Source of the DNA: Selenomonas sp.
GTDB taxonomy: Bacteria > Bacillota > Negativicutes > Selenomonadales > Selenomonadaceae
DNA length: 64,000 nucleotides
Direction of reading: 5' to 3'
NCBI GenBank assembly: GCA_022482925.1
Contig: JAKVOG010000008.1
Location: 73,245 to 137,244, forward strand
In this document: piece by piece, positions 60,979 through 64,000 of the stretch
Layout of the letters: each line of letters opens with the position of its first letter
Numbering within the stretch: the stretch's first letter is position 1
The notes under the pieces: model-generated
Told to the model about the DNA's origin: nothing
Databases searched by the model: none
What the model saw: the letters and a program-made list of their open reading frames with translations, nothing else
Made by a program: the position numbers and the translations under genes

Positions 60979-61947
60979 ATGATTCATTTTGTATCGGGAA
61001 ATTTGCTGGCTGATGAAGCAGAAGCCTTAGTCAATCCAGTAAATTGTGTCGGAATCATGGGTAAGGGGCTGGCATTACAGTTTAAAAAGAAATTCCCCGA
61101 AAATTTCCAGGTTTATCATAAGGCTTGTAAATCAGGTGCAGTAACGTTGGGGAAGATGTTTATTTACGAAAATGGTGATATGTTTAATCCTAGATATATT
61201 GTTAATTTTCCTACGAAAAACGATTGGCGAAACAAGTCTAAATTAGCTGATATCAAAGCGGGCTTAGCTGATTTGGCTGAGCAAATCGTATCCTTGCAGA
61301 TTCATTCGGTGGCGATTCCTTCTTTGGGATGTGGCAATGGAGGATTGGAATGGCAGAAGGTCAGACCATTGGTCTATGAGTATCTTGATAAGCTGGAAAA
61401 TGTTGCTGTAACAGTTTATGAACCTGTTCAAAAGCGGCCGTGTATTAATTTAGCCAGAGCGATGCTGCTTAAATTGATGCAGGCATATGTTAAGCAGGGG
61501 TATCCTATGACCATTCATGAAGTGCAAAAGCTTGCTTATTTGTTGCAAGAATCAGGACTTCAATTGAATTTGAATTTCACTTATGGAATAAATGGGATAT
61601 GGGATAAATCGCTGCTTTTGGTACTGGAACAGTTAAAACAAGGCGGATATATTTGTATTGATTCATTAGATGATGTAAATGCACAGATTGAATTAAATCA
61701 TCATTGGAGACAGGATGCTTCAAAAGAATTATTGCCAAAGGGAACAATCGACAAGCCATTGCGAAAGGCGGAACAAATGATAACCGGCTATGAAACTCCC
61801 TATGGTTTGTCCTTGCTAACTAAGCTCATATGGCGTGAAGTATCTGGGTATAGGGAAGATATAGCTGAGATTTCATCAGCGTCAGGAGAGAGTTATCCAA
61901 TGTATCGTGCATTGCTTCATTTGAACAAGGTAAGGCAATCTGTATAA
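60979..61947 (+). CDS. darG: DarG macrodomain antitoxin
   Basis: ALVNPVNCVGIMGKGLALQFK, NFPTK, SLGCGNGGL.W, plus C-terminal EVQKLAYLLQ and GYETPYGLSLL. Confidence 0.93.
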   Translation: MIHFVSGNLLADEAEALVNPVNCVGIMGKGLALQFKKKFPENFQVYHKACKSGAVTLGKMFIYENGDMFNPRYIVNFPTKNDWRNKSKLADIKAGLADLAEQIVSLQIHSVAIPSLGCGNGGLEWQKVRPLVYEYLDKLENVAVTVYEPVQKRPCINLARAMLLKLMQAYVKQGYPMTIHEVQKLAYLLQESGLQLNLNFTYGINGIWDKSLLLVLEQLKQGGYICIDSLDDVNAQIELNHHWRQDASKELLPKGTIDKPLRKAEQMITGYETPYGLSLLTKLIWREVSGYREDIAEISSASGESYPMYRALLHLNKVRQSV

Positions 61948-61991
61948 ATGGTTCAAGTATCGGGCAGGATTATATAGCATCCTGAGCAAAG

Positions 61992-62020
61992 AAGTCCTCT
62001 CCTTCGAGGGAGGACTTTTT
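61992..62020 (+). terminator. Intrinsic terminator after darG
   Basis: aagtcctctcc-ttcg-agggaggactt followed by a T-run. Confidence 0.85.
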
Positions 62021-62124
62021 CTATTGCAAAGGGCTTATCGTGGATGAGTTCGTCTTTCATGTTTGCAGGATTTTAGAGGAAAATACAGAACTTTATAGGT
62101 AAGAGAGTATAAGGGGGAAAATCC

Positions 62125-64000
62125 ATGAAACTGACGGCCTGCTATATCACGAAGAATGAAGAAAAGACGCTCGCGCGCTCCCTGGACAGCATACGGGAAC
62201 AGGTGGATGAGATCCTCGTAGTCGATACGGGGTCGACGGATGAGACAATCAAGGTTGCACGTAAGTATGGTGCGCAGGTATCCTTGTTTGAGTGGCAGGA
62301 TGATTTTGCGGCAGCACGCAATGCTGCACTGGAACAGGCCAGTGGGGACTGGATTGTCTTTCTGGATGCGGATGAGTATTTTACGGCAGATACAGCGGGG
62401 CATTTGCGCCGGTTTATCGAGCAGCAGGACAGAGCCAGTCAGATGGGGTGCCTCATTAAGATCGTTCATATCGACGCAGATGCAGCAGGTGCAAGGCTTG
62501 GAGCGGTCTATGGGCTGCGGGCTTTTCGTCGTGTGCCAGAACTGCGTTACGTGGGACGCATCCATGAGGAACTGCGGCTGGCGGGCGGCGGGATCCGTTC
62601 TTTGTCGGTGGCTCCAGCCCGGGAACTGCGGCTGGAGCATACGGGGTATTCTTCCTCGCAAAGCCATTCAAAGGCCGAGCGCAATCTGCGGCTCCTGCTC
62701 GCAGAGCTGGCTGTTACGGAGCAGGAGGAGCGTCTGTATGGCTATTTGTCAGATGCGTATCTGGGCCTGGAGCAGGAGGAGAAGGCCGCTTATTATGCCC
62801 GGCTGGCTGTTGCATCCGGGCGTCGGCAGACGACAGAGGCGAGCCGTCCGTATCGGATTCTGCTGCAGCTTTTGGCTGCCAGTGCGCCAGGCGGGGCGGA
62901 GCATCGACAAATCGCGGCACAGGCGGTGCTGGATTTTCCGGAGCTGCCCGAGTTCCATGCAGAGTATGCGCAGTGTCTGGCCCTGCGGGAGGCATATCAG
63001 GCAGCGGTAGCCGAGATACAGCGCGCGCTGCAGGCTTTTAGAGACTATACGGGACTGGAGCCGATGTTCTTTACCGCGGATATGGTCCGGCAGGCGCAGA
63101 GGCAGCTGGCCGAATGGCAGAGCAAAGTGGAGGTTCCGAGAAATCCTCAGACAGCAGATCAGCTCTTGCAGCAGCTGACAGCTGCCCGTGAGGCAAAGGA
63201 TATGGAGCAGGCGCTGCAGGCTGCGGATATCCTTTTTTGGCAGTATCCGGATTACGTGCCTGCAATGGAATCGGTTACCAGCCTGTATATCGATGTGGGG
63301 GATTTCGCGCTGGCAGCGTGTTCCCTGCAATCGATGTGCCGTGTTTTGCCCGTGTCGCCTTATCGGCTCTATCTGCAGGCGAGGGTAGAGCATCAGCAGA
63401 TGAAACATGAGGCGGCGATTGCCCATGCGGAGCAGGCCCTGCAATATCCGGATATCCATCCCTGGGAGGCTGCACGGCTGCAAAATATCCTGGGCAGGCT
63501 GTACCGTGAAATCGGAGAGACAGAACAGGCGGCGGCCGCTTATTTGGCAGCATCTGCCTGCCCGGACTATGCGGGCCGGCTGGATGACTACAGCAATTAT
63601 CTGTTCTGCCTGCATTATCGTGAGCAGGAACCGTTGGAATTATTGACCGCCAGTCGGCGGTATAATGATTTTTTTTCGTTTGTTGTTCCTTGTCAGCATT
63701 CGCAGCGGCAGCGGCACGAAAAGCTGCGCATCGGATATATCTCGCCGGATATCCGCAAGCATGTGGTACTGTTTTTCAGTCAGGTGATGTTTCAGGAATA
63801 TGATCCGGTACAGTTTGAAGTCTATTGCTATATGAATGGAGCGGAGGATGAGCAGAGCCGGGAAATTGCCGCTGCAGTTGCTGGCTGGCGCAATATCCAG
63901 AATCTGTCCTCAGCCGAGGCGGCCAGGCAGATCTATGAGGATGAGATTGATATACTCGTAGATCTGGCCGGGCATACCGCGAACAACTGCCTGCCGGTGC
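62125..64000 (+). CDS. GT2-TPR-GT41 (SPINDLY-like) fusion glycosyltransferase; runs off the window and is absent from the ORF track
   Basis: Manual translation: MKLTACYITKNEE...VVDTGSTD...DDFAAARN...FLDADE...IHE...HTGY, then TPR-like helices, then YSNYLFCLHY...LRIGYISPDIRKHVV...DILVDLAGHT. Confidence 0.9.
   Translation, partial: MKLTACYITKNEEKTLARSLDSIREQVDEILVVDTGSTDETIKVARKYGAQVSLFEWQDDFAAARNAALEQASGDWIVFLDADEYFTADTAGHLRRFIEQQDRASQMGCLIKIVHIDADAAGARLGAVYGLRAFRRVPELRYVGRIHEELRLAGGGIRSLSVAPARELRLEHTGYSSSQSHSKAERNLRLLLAELAVTEQEERLYGYLSDAYLGLEQEEKAAYYARLAVASGRRQTTEASRPYRILLQLLAASAPGGAEHRQIAAQAVLDFPELPEFHAEYAQCLALREAYQAAVAEIQRALQAFRDYTGLEPMFFTADMVRQAQRQLAEWQSKVEVPRNPQTADQLLQQLTAAREAKDMEQALQAADILFWQYPDYVPAMESVTSLYIDVGDFALAACSLQSMCRVLPVSPYRLYLQARVEHQQMKHEAAIAHAEQALQYPDIHPWEAARLQNILGRLYREIGETEQAAAAYLAASACPDYAGRLDDYSNYLFCLHYREQEPLELLTASRRYNDFFSFVVPCQHSQRQRHEKLRIGYISPDIRKHVVLFFSQVMFQEYDPVQFEVYCYMNGAEDEQSREIAAAVAGWRNIQNLSSAEAARQIYEDEIDILVDLAGHTANNCLPV

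Noticed and set aside
62240-63615. ORFs 62240-63010 (+), 62035-62667 (-) and 62749-63615 (-)
   Set aside because: Out-of-frame or antisense to the real GT gene starting at 62125.

Overview
Chromosomal window from a Negativicute, most likely Selenomonadaceae (SLH-anchored outer-membrane porins, Selenomonas-type flagellin N-terminus; inferred). Left to right: two paralogous OmpM-like porin genes; a TRAP transporter; an EFR1 flavodoxin-ferredoxin; AraC, GH36 alpha-galactosidase and GH13; two chemoreceptors; a transglutaminase-like protein; trpS with a Trp T-box; a DUF815 ATPase and an NDP-sugar epimerase. Next come a kdgR-kdgK-kduI-kduD-eda cluster, a trimeric [FeFe]-hydrogenase, a phosphoesterase/GT41/methyltransferase-like operon, tauE, cstA split by an IS30, and a LacI-TRAP-uxaCBA hexuronate cluster. 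The window ends with a late flagellar cluster (flgM to fliC, including fliW-csrA), a darTG module whose toxin is split by an ISL3, and the start of a GT2-TPR-GT41 fusion gene. Best leads: (1) a soluble chemoreceptor with inverted architecture (signalling hairpin first, Cache-like sensor last) behind a leader with a terminator and partial c-di-GMP-I-like motifs; (2) darTG, with an IS-truncated toxin, sitting in the flagellin glycosylation locus; (3) a hydrogenase with non-bifurcating NADH-only signatures; (4) SPINDLY-like glycosylation modules; (5) two LacI operator families that split the hexuronate pathway. Many small indels, including in essential trpS, look like sequencing errors. No rRNA, tRNA or CRISPR array was seen. 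All annotations are by eye, without database searches.
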